DNA of 26,843 nt from Promethearchaeota archaeon (GTDB taxonomy: Archaea > Asgardarchaeota > Hermodarchaeia > Hermodarchaeales > Hermodarchaeaceae), in NCBI GenBank assembly GCA_048939625.1, contig JBHLPH010000023.1, positions 1 to 26,843 on the forward strand. The letters are read 5' to 3'. A program made the position numbers and the translations under genes. The first letter of the stretch is position 1. Every line of letters begins with the position of its first letter. Shown here piece by piece: positions 26,548 through 26,843 of the stretch. Below the pieces are notes generated by a model. It saw only the letters and a list, made by a program, of their open reading frames with translations. It was not told the DNA's origin and made no database searches.

Positions 26548-26843
26548 AGTCTATTAGTGATATTCAAAGGTAGAAAAGCATAGCCGTGGAAATGATTCTT
26601 CCTCGATATTTACCATTGAACCAGAAAAAAAGAAGATCAGATGTAGGTTGATTATCAAAAAATAAGGATTTGTAATGAAGAGGCCTGCTATTCAACTGAA
26701 AATGAGTCGACTTTAAATCCATCAACTAAGGAGAGCTAGTACAAGACCCCTTTCACTTATCAGACCCCCTCTCTCGGTTTAAAGGGACGGGTAGACAGGT
26801 TATTGATGGCGGTGCGGATGTGAGGCAACTTAAGAGCCGAGGC

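Noticed and set aside
825-26557. Many short antisense or out-of-frame ORFs in the track (e.g. 825-1079, 5324-5611, 13892-14209, 16746-16943, 18452-18853, 23715-24008)
   Set aside because: They are shadows of well-supported genes and have no recognisable motifs.
26740-26843. Possible tRNA or rRNA fragment at the window end
   Set aside because: No cloverleaf, TTC T-loop or recognisable conserved rRNA segment on either strand.

Overview
Archaeal chromosomal window. The gene content (H4MPT/methanofuran C1 enzymes, a multi-PAS histidine kinase, GGTGA/GAGGTG ribosome-binding sites) is compatible with an Asgard-type sediment archaeon, but that taxonomy is inference. From left to right: (1) a minus-strand ECF importer operon (EcfT, fused EcfA-A', and an S component fused to a Cys-less sulfite-oxidase/molybdopterin-binding-like domain), led by a membrane-anchored protein with three such domains and a 229-bp exact internal DNA repeat; (2) a DUF389 membrane protein; (3) fwdA; (4) a 1077-aa GNAT multidomain protein, an MBL-fold hydrolase, an ATP-cone-like small protein and a small membrane protein; (5) a CheY-like receiver; (6) a copper cassette with CopA, a PadR-TRASH regulator, a palindromic operator and a 47-aa YHS chaperone missed by the ORF track; (7) a 5-PAS histidine kinase; (8) ftr divergent from fwdC-mch; (9) an AT-richer block with a P3A H+-ATPase and an APC permease. 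No rRNA, tRNA, CRISPR array or confident mobile element was seen. The best candidate for an undescribed system is the ECF transporter with extracellular pterin-binding-fold domains, a putative pterin/Moco/methanopterin scavenging system next to C1-pathway genes.
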